A stretch of 64,000 nt of DNA, from NCBI GenBank assembly GCA_918797485.1, contig CAKKNE010000002.1, positions 5,580,001-5,644,000 of the forward strand. Reading direction: 5' to 3'. The DNA comes from Pelagomonas calceolata. Its lineage: Eukaryota. Below the pieces are notes generated by a model. It saw only the letters and a program-made list of their open reading frames with translations. It had not been told where the DNA came from and searched no databases. Of this stretch, positions 1-9,750 are shown one piece after another. Position numbers and translations under genes: made by a program. How positions within the stretch are numbered: position 1 is the stretch's first letter; each line of letters starts with the position of its first letter.

Positions 1-4
1 TTCA

Positions 5-313
5 TTGAAGGACGACGTGCTGGCTTCGAGTGGCGACGACCGCTCCATCAAAGTCTGGGACCTCTCCGATTATAAGTGTAGGCGCACCCTCAACGGCCAC
101 GGCCACTTCGTTACTGGTCTCGCGGTGCTCGCGGACGGCCGCCTCGCGTCGGCGTCGCACGACCGCACGCTGAAGATCTGGGACGCCTTACAGGGGAGGC
201 GCCTCGCGACGCTCGCCGGCCACGCGCACGTCGTCGAGCGCGTCGCCGTCCTCCCCGGCGGCCGCCTCGCGTCGGGGTCCCACGACCGCTCGCTCAAGGT
301 CTGGAAGTTCTAA
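5..313 (+). CDS. WD40-repeat protein, C-terminal part (5' end outside window)
   Basis: Repeated LASxSxDRxxKxW motifs separated by GH dipeptides; TAA at 311-313. Confidence 0.9.
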   Translation: MKDDVLASSGDDRSIKVWDLSDYKCRRTLNGHGHFVTGLAVLADGRLASASHDRTLKIWDALQGRRLATLAGHAHVVERVAVLPGGRLASGSHDRSLKVWKF

Positions 314-322
314 CAAAAACTA

Positions 323-1018
323 TTAGTAAGCCTGTCGCCCGAAGCAGCACTTCCAACACGCCATACATAATGGCCGGCCGACCGTCCAGACCAACCCACA
401 GACCTTCCGCAGCACGAGTAACACGCCGCGCCCGCCGCCCGGCATATTCATCAGCGCGGTCCAGGCGAGGCCGCCGATCTGCATGGAGGCGAAGACGACC
501 GTGAGGATATAGGACCGTCGTATGCAGGCCGCCCAGAGCGTCAATAACAAATTCAAAGCGTAGGCCAGCGCGTAGGGCAGCCTCTTTGAGTTGAGAAAAC
601 TCCGCAGGAAGGGCTTCACGCCCCGGACCACCGCGAGCGCCATGCAGAAGAAGATGCTGCCCGTCGTGAACGCGAGCGCGAACTTCTGGGGTCGTATTAC
701 CAAAATAGGTAGCCCCAGCGTGAACGCGAGCGTGAACATGACCAGAGAGGTCACGAGCAGCAGCGCGAACGCCCGGAACCGCCGCGCGGCCGCGCCGGTG
801 GCCTCGGCCGCGCCCTCGTACTTTTCGTGGGCCCAGGGCGTCCAGGCGGCGAGTTTATCTTCTGCTCTATCTAGTACAGCATCCGCCCGGTCGACGACAT
901 GATCTAAATTGGTGAGATTTAGCAGGTAGGACGCGAGGTCGTCTTCACTGTTGTCGTAGTAGCCGGCCTCCTCGTCCTGCACGTCGTCGAGCCAGCGGGA
1001 GAACTTGGTGTAGGACAT
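323..1018 (-). CDS. SFT2: Got1/Sft2-family vesicle transport membrane protein
   Basis: IRPQKFALAFTTGS motif, four TM segments, ending MPGGGRG, typical of Sft2. Confidence 0.85.
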   Translation of the reverse strand: MSYTKFSRWLDDVQDEEAGYYDNSEDDLASYLLNLTNLDHVVDRADAVLDRAEDKLAAWTPWAHEKYEGAAEATGAAARRFRAFALLLVTSLVMFTLAFTLGLPILVIRPQKFALAFTTGSIFFCMALAVVRGVKPFLRSFLNSKRLPYALAYALNLLLTLWAACIRRSYILTVVFASMQIGGLAWTALMNMPGGGRGVLLVLRKVCGLVWTVGRPLCMACWKCCFGRQAY

Positions 1019-1180
1019 GTTGTTTGGTGTGCAAAGCTGTCCTGCTTACTGAGTTTGTTGAGAGGCTTAGGACTGCGCCCCCTGGCGCACGTATGATAGG
1101 AGTAGAAGATGCCAGTCGCTGCCGGACTCTCAAGGCTGTATCCAGCGGGGTAAAAGCCTGAACAAGCGTGAAAGCGCCGA

Positions 1181-1203
1181 GCTAGCGGCCGGGAAGACAC
1201 TAG
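1181..1203 (-). promoter_or_regulatory. Bipartite CTAG-CTAG upstream element
   Basis: GCTAGCGGCCGGGAAGACACTAG, ~165 nt upstream of the Sft2 ATG. Confidence 0.6.
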
Positions 1204-1520
1204 AGAAATCACATCCTGATGGGGGGCGTCCCGAAGAGGGGGGGGCGTGCGAGTCCCTGTGACTCAGCCCTTGCGTCCTAGTCCAGCCGGACGGGTGGGC
1301 CCGGGGGGAGCGGGAGGGGTACGGGGGACCCCGCGACGTAACTAGCCTGAGCCTTAATCACAAACAGCTAGCCTCGGCGACTAGGACGGGTCTAGAACGG
1401 GTTCGGGGAGGGCTCGGGTACGCCAGTGACTCGTAAAACTACGATGGGAATAATTAAAAACGACAGGATACAGTTCGAAATTTTCGACAAGAGACAGTGC
1501 GCAGGTCCTGCGCGCTATCG

Positions 1521-2381
1521 CTATGGGGGACCGGCCGGCGCCTCGCCCGGGGCGCTCCGACAGACCACCGCGTGGCCCGCGTCGACGAGCGCCGCGTTCA
1601 TGATGCCGCCGATGCCAAAGGCCGGCGCCATGCGGATGCCGAACGCCACGACGGTCGCCGGCGCCACACGCCAGACGTCCCGTATTCTTTCCGCTACAGT
1701 AGCGACGGGCGCGTTGTACATGTTTAGGGCTAATAAGTGCACGGGCGCACACACCCCCTGCATGGCCACGGGCGACACCATCTGCGCACACGCTTGCGCA
1801 CTCACTGGATCCATGGCGCCACTACTTGAAATGCCCTTGGCCAGCATCTTTGGTAGCGTAAACGACGAAAAGATCGTGATGAGGTCTCTTGAGAGAAATA
1901 ACCCATACGACGCGAAGGGCATGGCCTTCTTGCCCGCGCCACTGCCGCCGTACATCTTGGCGAATGCGACATCTTTAGCAATACAAGCGGACGCGTTGAC
2001 GGCCGTCGTGCCGATCAACGTCGCGGCGACGTGCGTCTTTTGCGAATAGCGCTGTCGGGTCGCGACGGTGTCGATGGTGTTCGCCGCTAAATAAGTAGCA
2101 GCATACACCCCAGTCATCATCGCGTACGCGCGCGTCATGAGCGCGGTTCTAGGCTTCAAAATCATCTCCTTGCAGCCGACGCCGATCCTCCTGAACAAGG
2201 TGTCCTGGCCGGCGGCCGCCTCGATGACGGCTCTATCAATGATCAGGATGAACGGGCTCACCGCTAATGATGCGGCGACGGCCGCGCCGCCGTCGACGCA
2301 CGTATGCATCCAGAGCGGCCCGCAGCGCAGCGCCGGCAGCGGCTCGTCTTTTTTGGGCAGCGCTCCCCCTGTGGCGGCCAT
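1521..2381 (-). CDS. Conserved multi-pass membrane protein (resembles an uncharacterised fungal/protist mitochondrial family)
   Basis: IIDRAVIE, YAATYLAANTIDT, KDVAFAKMYG and RDLITIFSSFTLP blocks with hydrophobic helices; first ATG at 2381. Confidence 0.65.
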   Translation of the reverse strand: MAATGGALPKKDEPLPALRCGPLWMHTCVDGGAAVAASLAVSPFILIIDRAVIEAAAGQDTLFRRIGVGCKEMILKPRTALMTRAYAMMTGVYAATYLAANTIDTVATRQRYSQKTHVAATLIGTTAVNASACIAKDVAFAKMYGGSGAGKKAMPFASYGLFLSRDLITIFSSFTLPKMLAKGISSSGAMDPVSAQACAQMVSPVAMQGVCAPVHLLALNMYNAPVATVAERIRDVWRVAPATVVAFGIRMAPAFGIGGIMNAALVDAGHAVVCRSAPGEAPAGPP

Positions 2382-2784
2382 CCGCACCACTGCTCAGGCT
2401 GCCCTCGCCTGCTGGTGTTGATGCAATGAATGTGGGGCTGCCTTCGCTACAGGCAACCGCAGCCGTCGCGGCGCAAGACGACCTGGCAGCGCACACTACC
2501 GGCGCAACAATGCGTATCCGTGCGCCTCCGCGCGCTGCGCACGTCGCACAGCGAAGCGTCGCCGGCGAAAGTTGTATTCACGAATGATTTTGTCAAAAGG
2601 TAAAGTGATGCCGTGCGGGGTTCAAGATTCGCCAAATTGACGACTCTTCTTGAATACTAAAGGCCACAAATGCGAAGCTCAGAGGCCTCGGGAAGCACCG
2701 ACGCGAAAGCGGAACCTAGAGACGCGCGGGCGCGGTACACTCCAGGCTTCCAAGGCAGCCACAAGTCTACACACAAAATGAACA

Positions 2785-3813
2785 TTACGTGGCATCTGTA
2801 AGCGCCGGAGCCGGCGCCTCGCAAGCGGCAGGTGCGGGCGCCTCGCACGCCGCCGGCGCGGGAGCTTCACACGCCGCGGGCGCCGGCGCCTCAAACACCG
2901 CTGGGGCCGGCGCCTCCGCGGCAACGGGCGCCTCGGCCTCGACGGACGCCTCCTCGACGGCCGCGACCGTGACCGCCTCGTCGTCCGACGAGTCGCCGAA
3001 CGTCGTCGAAAACCTCATGGCCGCCAAATCCCCAAAAGGCCGCTCCAGCGCGTCGCCCGCCAAGCCACCATCCAATCTCGCCTCGCGCAGTAACGGCAGC
3101 GCTTCCCGAATGCCCGGGTGGAGGTCGTCGCCGATCCGCCGCTTCGCGTAGGACAGGAACGAGTTGCCCACGATCAGCAGCTCATCTAATGCTTGTGCAA
3201 AGCCCTTGAGGACGTCGGCGTAGATCTGGGCCGGGCAGTGGGGCATGAAATACAAACTGCGGACCCCGTGGTAGGGCTTGGCGCTCCGCGGCGGCTGGGC
3301 CTGCTCGATGCCCAAGGCCTCCAGCGCTTCGAGCTCGTCCTTCGAGAGGAAGGGGTCGTGGAGCTGTATTGACTGCGCTTCGTAGGCCTCCGCTAATAAT
3401 ACGAGAAACGCGAGCTGGTGCCGCGCGTTCCAGGACTCGTACGTCGACCCTAACCCGTAGCACACGACCACAGCGCGCTCGCCGGGCGCGTGGCGTTTCA
3501 ACGTTGCCAAAGCTTCCACGCACCACGGGTTATTGCGTAATGATTCTACACGTCGTTCGTGGTCCTCGCGCCAGTTCGCCGGCTGCTCCGCGTTGGATGT
3601 TTGCATGGGGTCGCAGCACGTGTCGTGCTTCGGCGGCGGCGGCGGCGGCGGGTTGCGGCCTCGTCTTTTGCGGCGTACGGTCGACCAGCCGGCGTCGGGG
3701 TCTTCTACTTGCTTTTTTTGTTTGGATTGTTGCATGAAGCGGGAGACGGTGCCGCGTTCTACTCGCGGCTGCGTGGTCGTGCCGTGCTGCGGCGCCGCGC
3801 GATGGGTGCTCAT
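2785..3813 (-). CDS. SRR1: SRR1-like protein
   Basis: VVCYGLGS, ARHQLAFL, LYFMPHCP and IVGNSF motifs; start uncertain (3813 or 3735); C-terminal Ala/Pro repeats. Confidence 0.85.
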   Translation of the reverse strand: MSTHRAAPQHGTTTQPRVERGTVSRFMQQSKQKKQVEDPDAGWSTVRRKRRGRNPPPPPPPKHDTCCDPMQTSNAEQPANWREDHERRVESLRNNPWCVEALATLKRHAPGERAVVVCYGLGSTYESWNARHQLAFLVLLAEAYEAQSIQLHDPFLSKDELEALEALGIEQAQPPRSAKPYHGVRSLYFMPHCPAQIYADVLKGFAQALDELLIVGNSFLSYAKRRIGDDLHPGIREALPLLREARLDGGLAGDALERPFGDLAAMRFSTTFGDSSDDEAVTVAAVEEASVEAEAPVAAEAPAPAVFEAPAPAACEAPAPAACEAPAPAACEAPAPALTDAT

Positions 3814-4078
3814 GCTGCTGCTGTGCTGCAGCTTTTCAGAGGCAGCTAAATATGCAAATCGATTGCGTTTCGCTAACGCACAGTTAGCATCGATCGAAGC
3901 AAGTGCTGCGGCGTGTCTATCGCCCCTTTTTAGCTCGCGGGCGCGCGATTTGCGTTGAGTCCAGTCACCTGCCGCCAGGCAGCATAAAGTCGAGCTCGCA
4001 GTGCCAGACAAGTCGAAATTCCCGAAGAGTCGTGAGGCTCTGTGCCAAGGCAGTATCACGGGCCGCCCACGATGCCGA

Positions 4079-4101
4079 GCTAGCGGTGTCCGACACTAGC
4101 A
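4079..4101 (-). promoter_or_regulatory. Bipartite CTAG-CTAG upstream element
   Basis: GCTAGCGGTGTCCGACACTAGCA between the divergent SRR1 and NDK genes. Confidence 0.6.
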
Positions 4102-4262
4102 AGCTCTCCAAAAGCATCCTGGTGACAGGGACAAAATAGACCTCGTGAGCGCCGGCGTCTCAACCAATAAGCCAGTAACGGCTGCCAAGACGACGCCGCC
4201 GCCCGCGCGCCACACGTGCGACGTCCGACGCGCAGCAAAACCGACGCACGTACGCAGGCACA

Positions 4263-5435
4263 ATGGCTCACCGATTCGCCCGCAGCGCGCGCTTGCTAGC
4301 CTTCAGCCCCGGCCGCGCCGCCGCCGCGGCGGCGCTGCCGGCGGCTCTGTGCGCCCAGCAGGCCAAGGCCGAGGCCAACGAGGACATCAACAAGGAGACG
4401 GTCGCGGCCGCCGCCGCCGCCGCCGCCGTGGGCTACGCGGCCGTCGCCGCGACGCAGGCGAACGCCAAGGCCAAGGACGCTCAAGAAAGATTGAAAGCCT
4501 TGGAGGTGCGCGCCGCCAAGGCCACGTCCGCGGCGTTCGTCTTCGTGAAACCGCACGCTGTGACTGATTCGGTGAAGACCAAGGTCAAGAGTGGACTGGA
4601 AAAAGCCGGTATCTCGGTATTAGAGGAAGGCTCCATCGCGGGCCCGAAGATTGATAGTGATATGCTCATAGACACGCACTACGGTGCTATTGCTGCCAAA
4701 GCGGTCAAGCTCAAGCCCTCGGAGCTCAAGCCGTCGGCGAAGGCACAGAAAGACTTCGAAAAGGCGTTCGGCCTGACCTGGTCTGATGCTCTTAAGCAAG
4801 GCCTGGTCTACAACGCCGCGGACGCGTGCAAGCAACTCGGCTGCGACGGCGCGGGTTTGGACGCGAAGTGGTCCACTCTGACACGTGGCCAAAATCTCAT
4901 CAAGTTCGGCGGCGGCTTCTACTGCGGGAAGGTCGAAGGCATTTACGTGATGAACGGCTTCTACATGGCGATGCGCGGGAAGTTCACGGATCCCTCCGCG
5001 ACGATCCACTACTACTTGGTCGAGTGGCCGACCTCGTCGTTGTCGTGGGCGGACTTCCGGGGCAAGGTGTTAGGCGCCACGGACCCCGCCGAGGCTTCAC
5101 AGGGTTCTTTGCGGCGGGCGATCTTGGATGATTGGCGCGCGCTCGGCCTACCCGCGTGCCCGGACACGGGCGACAACGGCGTCCACGCGTCGGCGTCGCC
5201 CTTCGAGGCGCTTTCAGAAAGAGTGAACTGGTGCGGGGCGTCCTTCGAGACGGACGCCTACGGCCGCGGCCTCGTCGCGGCGGGCGTCGACGCCAAGACA
5301 TTGCAAGCGTGGGCCGAGGACCCTCAAGTAAAACTGCCCGGCGGCGGCGCGGGCTCGTTGTTTGATGCCCTCGAGGACCTCGACGCGGACAAGTGCCTCG
5401 AGACGGCGAAAGCGATCAAGAAGGCGAACGAGTAG
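4263..5435 (+). CDS. Nucleoside diphosphate kinase-like protein (long form, probable mitochondrial presequence)
   Basis: AFVFVKPHA, GATDPAEA..GSLR and NGVHAS (catalytic His) motifs; Arg/Ala-rich N-terminus. Confidence 0.85.
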   Translation: MAHRFARSARLLAFSPGRAAAAAALPAALCAQQAKAEANEDINKETVAAAAAAAAVGYAAVAATQANAKAKDAQERLKALEVRAAKATSAAFVFVKPHAVTDSVKTKVKSGLEKAGISVLEEGSIAGPKIDSDMLIDTHYGAIAAKAVKLKPSELKPSAKAQKDFEKAFGLTWSDALKQGLVYNAADACKQLGCDGAGLDAKWSTLTRGQNLIKFGGGFYCGKVEGIYVMNGFYMAMRGKFTDPSATIHYYLVEWPTSSLSWADFRGKVLGATDPAEASQGSLRRAILDDWRALGLPACPDTGDNGVHASASPFEALSERVNWCGASFETDAYGRGLVAAGVDAKTLQAWAEDPQVKLPGGGAGSLFDALEDLDADKCLETAKAIKKANE

Positions 5436-5455
5436 GCTGCTTAACGTGTTTATAT

Positions 5456-6272
5456 CTAGTTCTTTTCCGTCTCACCGATGTACGCGAGGCACTTCGGCTC
5501 CTGCGGCTTGTCGCAGTACATCATCGTGCAGCCCAGCACCGCGCCCACGTTGCACGTGTTGCATCCATCAAAATAGGACGCGCAGCCGGCGGGCACGCAC
5601 TTGCCGTAGGCGTCGCGCGTGCACGACGACGACGTGGCTTCTTGATCGGCGGCGAGGACGGGCGGCGGCGTAGAAGCGTCGAACGCGTTCGGTTCGTAGA
5701 TGACGTCCGGGCAGTTGTCCTGGTTGTTCTTGCGCGGCTTGAGGAGAAAGCCCTTGTAGCCGCTGTCCTTCAAAAAGTCCTGCACCTCGTCGTCGTACCT
5801 GTGGATACGCGTTGGGCGCCTGAATTTGTGATTTCGACACAGCACCGGACTTCTCGAAATACGCGTCGACGTCGCGAGCCAGGACGTACAGGAACAGTTC
5901 GCCGCCGACGACGGCGTACTCGTAGTACCCCGCGCCGTAGGTCTTCGGCCCGAGCTTGATGATGCTGTAAACCGACGCGCGCGGGACGCCCGTGAACTGG
6001 AGGTTGAGGTCGCCGTCAGTCGAGGCGTCGTCCTTCGACGCCGTGCCGAGGATGTAAGTCGCTGTCCCGCCGTCAATCGTCGACGGGTTGCCCGTGCACC
6101 CGATCGCGTTCGGGCTCGAGCACAGCCCGCTGTTGTTGACGGATATGGCCGGGAATTCCGCCGACGTGATCTTGCCGTAATACGCCGTCGCGCAGTCGGG
6201 CTGGGAGAAGGCGAGTGTCGGATAGTTGTAGTAGACGTTGTACCAGCGGCCCGTGTAGGCGTCGAAGTCCAT
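5456..6272 (-). CDS. Lipocalin-like protein with C-terminal Cys-rich module; 2 exons (6272-5851, 5798-5456); may be 5'-truncated
   Basis: DFDAYTGRWY (GxW) and LYVLARD lipocalin motifs; removing 5799-5850 gives FEK-YDDEVQ in frame; C-terminal CASYFDGCNTC. Confidence 0.75.
5799..5850 (-). mobile_element. Introner-like GT-AG intron (52 nt, decayed)
   Basis: Minus strand GTCCGGTG|CTGTGTCGAAATCACAAATTCAGGCGCC...CCACAG|GTACGACG; left end matches the elements at 18304 and 47552; removal restores frame. Confidence 0.75.
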
Positions 6273-6514
6273 GGACCACGCCCTGCCCGTCGCTCGTCGT
6301 CGGCCCCGCGGCGACGCTTCCTGCCCCCGCTCCGACGACGCCCGAGATCGAAGTCGGCAACGCGACGACGCTTCCCGCTCCGGTGCCTGAGCCGGAGGAG
6401 ACCACGCCGCTCCAGGACTACGCCGTTTACGAGGCGACCAAGGACATCTCCGACCCCAACACGGCCGCGGCGGCGGGCGCCGCCGCTGCCCAGGTCGCGG
6501 GCGCCTTGCAGTGA
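6270..6514 (+). pseudogene. Headless Pro/Thr-rich C-terminal gene fragment
   Basis: ATLPAP/TTLPAP repeats with coding-like codon usage ending TGA at 6514; no in-frame ATG; abuts the lipocalin start. Confidence 0.4.
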
Positions 6515-6770
6515 GTGACCGCCTCCTCCCGTCTCGGACAACGAGTCGGACCAAGACATAATTCCCTAATTCCCCGCTCCTTGAGTAAGTACGACGAGCT
6601 CCGCCCAAAGCCCGCACGCAAAGGTTTTGGACTCGAGTACTCAGCTGAGATGCATTTTGAGCAGGCTGCCCGCATCGATGCCTTAAGCAAGTAACTACCG
6701 CAGCATGGAGTACGTCCATACAGTCCCACGCGGGCGCGCAGCATTTGCTTGAGCAATAGTCTCAGTATAA

Positions 6771-8288
6771 ATGGCACTGCTCCTCCTCCTCGCAGCAACA
6801 ACAGCAAAGGCCGACGACTGCGCCACAACACCAAAACCCCAGAAAGACCAAGTAGAAGCCTACCTCCGCGCGTTGTATCCATCAACACAAAGGATAGAAA
6901 ACGCCGTCGCCGCGTTCGAGGCCCTCGACTACCTCTACGCGGACCGAAATATACTGGAGCCGCCGCGTTTCTTATCAAAACAGGTCCCGCCGCTCCCGTA
7001 CGTACCGGAGGGCGCCTACTACGCCGCGAAACCAGCCCACCGCAAGAAGGCGAAGTGGCTCGCGGGCGCGAACGCCAACCGCTGGCGCGCGCCCGTCCGG
7101 CGGCAGCATGCGGCGCGGACCGCATCAAAACACGCCTCGACCGTCGGCGGGCGCTTCGGCCCGGCGCCCTCGTGGACGAGCCCCCTCGCTTTGGTCAAGT
7201 ACCCGTTTCCCCTCTCTACTACGGCAAAGGAGCCGAGCCGGGCCGAGCTCCTCGCCGCGGCGACGACAGCATCTGTGGATCTCTCGTCAGGCTATGTCGA
7301 AGTGGAGCAGTTCGGCGGGCCGCGGTGGACGCGGAGCGGCTGCCCGCCCGTCTGTGGGACGTGGGCCAATATTTGGAGAGGCACGGGCGTCTTCCTGAAA
7401 TTGGATCGGCCCGTCGTCGCGCCGACGCGGCTCGCGGCCGTCGTCGAGCTCGTCACCCGGATCGCGCGTGTTGAAAACGGCGCCGCGATTCTGGAAGCCT
7501 TCGCCGCGAGGTCCTCGATGCTCGCAAAACGAGTGAAGGAGTTCCGCGCCGGCGGCGCGTCGGTCGGCGAGGCCGTCGCCGCCGCGGCCGCCGCCGCGGG
7601 CACGGGCCGGGGCTGCCGCTGCTTCAAGGAGGCGTCGGCGCTCAACGGGACGGCGCGGCCGCTCCTCCGCCTGGCCGCCGTGGGCGGCAAAACGGCCGCG
7701 TTCCTGGCACGCGTGCGCGAGGCGCGTCCGGTGGACTGGTGCGCGAACGTCTGCGGCAACGGCCAGTACTACGACCGGCAGCGGGCGCCGATGATGGCGC
7801 TCGACGGCATGCTCGCGACGCTCTCGTGCGTGCTCGGGACGAATGCCGTCGTGCTGACGCGCTCGCCCAACGACAACGGCCTCGTGCACCAGGAGCTCGT
7901 CGACTACGATTTGCCGGAGAGCCTCGGCGGCTGGCCGGCGCCGCCTCTTGGAAAACTCAACGCCCTGGCCAGATGCGCGGCGCCCTTCTCGAATTTACCA
8001 AATGACGCCGACGCGTTGTTACTAGAACACTGGCGCTCTACGAACAAGTGGGCGCTCGGCGACGTCGCTCGAAAAAAATTCGGACCGTGCGACCTCGCGA
8101 ACCCCGGCGGCGGCGACGACGCCTGGACTTCAGGGAGAGGCCGGGACCGGTGCCGCGTCGCGCAGGGCGATTCTATTGGAAGCGACCGCGCGTGCTTCGT
8201 GACCTGTCGAAATCATATCTCGGCGGCGCACGCGAACGTGTCGCTGACCCAGGTGCTCCGCCCTGATCTAGAACTGTGTGTTGACTAA
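6771..8288 (+). CDS. Secreted hypothetical protein
   Basis: 505-aa ORF with signal peptide MALLLLLAATTAKA and several Cys. Confidence 0.75.
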   Translation: MALLLLLAATTAKADDCATTPKPQKDQVEAYLRALYPSTQRIENAVAAFEALDYLYADRNILEPPRFLSKQVPPLPYVPEGAYYAAKPAHRKKAKWLAGANANRWRAPVRRQHAARTASKHASTVGGRFGPAPSWTSPLALVKYPFPLSTTAKEPSRAELLAAATTASVDLSSGYVEVEQFGGPRWTRSGCPPVCGTWANIWRGTGVFLKLDRPVVAPTRLAAVVELVTRIARVENGAAILEAFAARSSMLAKRVKEFRAGGASVGEAVAAAAAAAGTGRGCRCFKEASALNGTARPLLRLAAVGGKTAAFLARVREARPVDWCANVCGNGQYYDRQRAPMMALDGMLATLSCVLGTNAVVLTRSPNDNGLVHQELVDYDLPESLGGWPAPPLGKLNALARCAAPFSNLPNDADALLLEHWRSTNKWALGDVARKKFGPCDLANPGGGDDAWTSGRGRDRCRVAQGDSIGSDRACFVTCRNHISAAHANVSLTQVLRPDLELCVD

Positions 8289-8320
8289 TCTTAGGACTAG
8301 CCGAAAAAAAAGGGAAGAGC

Positions 8321-9454
8321 CTACAACGCGGCGAGGAGCGCGTCCTCGCGCGCCACTTCTAAATTGCGGTCGCGGATCCGCAATGATGATGCGCAGAGCG
8401 CGTCGTGGGCCAGGCGCATGACCAACCCGCTCGCCGGCTCGACGGTGTCGCAACACCCAAAACAGAAGTCGGACTCGCACGCGCCGCACGTCGCGTAGAC
8501 CTCGAAGCCCCGCAGCCCCGCGCCCATCTCGCGGCCGCAGCCGTCGCACTGGTACTTGTCCGGCGCGACCCACTCCCCGGGCGCCGTCGGTGGGAGGGAG
8601 ATAACTTCCGGCCCCTGGGGCGAGAAGACGACGCGCCGCTTTGAAGAAGATGGTGCCGCCGCCTCCGGCGAGAAGAGCTGGACCTCCTTCGGGGGCGAGA
8701 AGAGCTTCTTCTTCGGCGGCCGCCGCGCCGTCCGCGGCGCCTCGGCTTTTTTGGAGAGGGCGTCCGCAAAGTCCTTTACCAATTGATCGGCGGCCGTCGT
8801 GAAGGGCGACGCCGGGCCGTGGTACTTCAGCGCGTTTTCATGGATGCGGCGCACGTCGCTTTGTAAGGCGGCGTCGTTCTTGTAGTGGCCGTTCGCGAGG
8901 CGCTCGCGGCAGAGCGTCAGATCGACCGCCTCGCCCACTACACTAATATAGTCGGGGATGCCGAGCTGCACGCAAGTCTCATGCGTCAGCCGCGTCCGGA
9001 ACGGGTTGCCGAGGCCGGGCACCTCGCGCGTCCAGGCCGCGTCGAGCGCGCGCCGCGCCCGGTCCGTGACCCGCGCCGACGGCGGGAAGCTCTGGCGTCT
9101 TTTTTTTCTCTGGCGCGCGCCGCTCCGCGTCGTCGACGGCGCTTGCATTTTTGAGTTCGTGTCGACCCAGGGTGCCGGCGTGCTCGCCGCGCGGGGCGTC
9201 GCGCCGTCGTTTTGTGGTTTCGTCGCGGCGTCGGCGACGACGTTTTGGGGTGCCGCCAGCGGTTTTGTAGCGGCGTCGACGACGACGTTGTGCGGCGCCA
9301 GCGGCGGCTTCACGACGGTGCTTGGCGGCTGTGCAGCGGCGGTGGCGGGAAGTGGTGGCGCGCTCGCCGCGTCGGGAGGCGGTGGCGCGCTGGGCGGAGC
9401 GTCCTGCTGCATCGGCGCGTTGACCATTACGTTTTCAGGAGCGATGACTTCCAT
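8321..9454 (-). CDS. Bromodomain protein with C-terminal ZZ-like zinc finger
   Basis: IPDYISVV..VDL..RERL..GHY..DVRRIHENALKYH bromodomain; CDGC..CGAC.SDFCFGC. Confidence 0.8.
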   Translation of the reverse strand: MEVIAPENVMVNAPMQQDAPPSAPPPPDAASAPPLPATAAAQPPSTVVKPPLAPHNVVVDAATKPLAAPQNVVADAATKPQNDGATPRAASTPAPWVDTNSKMQAPSTTRSGARQRKKRRQSFPPSARVTDRARRALDAAWTREVPGLGNPFRTRLTHETCVQLGIPDYISVVGEAVDLTLCRERLANGHYKNDAALQSDVRRIHENALKYHGPASPFTTAADQLVKDFADALSKKAEAPRTARRPPKKKLFSPPKEVQLFSPEAAAPSSSKRRVVFSPQGPEVISLPPTAPGEWVAPDKYQCDGCGREMGAGLRGFEVYATCGACESDFCFGCCDTVEPASGLVMRLAHDALCASSLRIRDRNLEVAREDALLAAL

Positions 9455-9643
9455 CTTACGTAGCGTGTCGGCGGTGAATGCTGCCGCTTGCAGTTTGGCC
9501 GGTGATCGGAGTCTAGAGGTGCGTTGCGGCGGCCGCGTTCGTCCCCGCCGGGTAGTTGCTGGCTGAAATGTAGTGCGCACGCGGTAGGGTAGCTGCGCAG
9601 GGCTGTGCGAGCTCAAGCACAAGCAAAACCGCCGCGCTGAAGA

Positions 9644-9665
9644 GCTAGCGGCGGTAAGACACTAG
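9644..9665 (-). promoter_or_regulatory. Bipartite CTAG-CTAG upstream element
   Basis: GCTAGCGGCGGTAAGACACTAG between the divergent bromodomain and JmjC genes. Confidence 0.65.
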
Positions 9666-9750
9666 TGAGCAAGCAGGGAGCAACAAAATAATCCCATTTA
9701 CACGCTTCCTCGAGCGGCAGCGATGGTGTAAAGCATATTGACACGCATTG

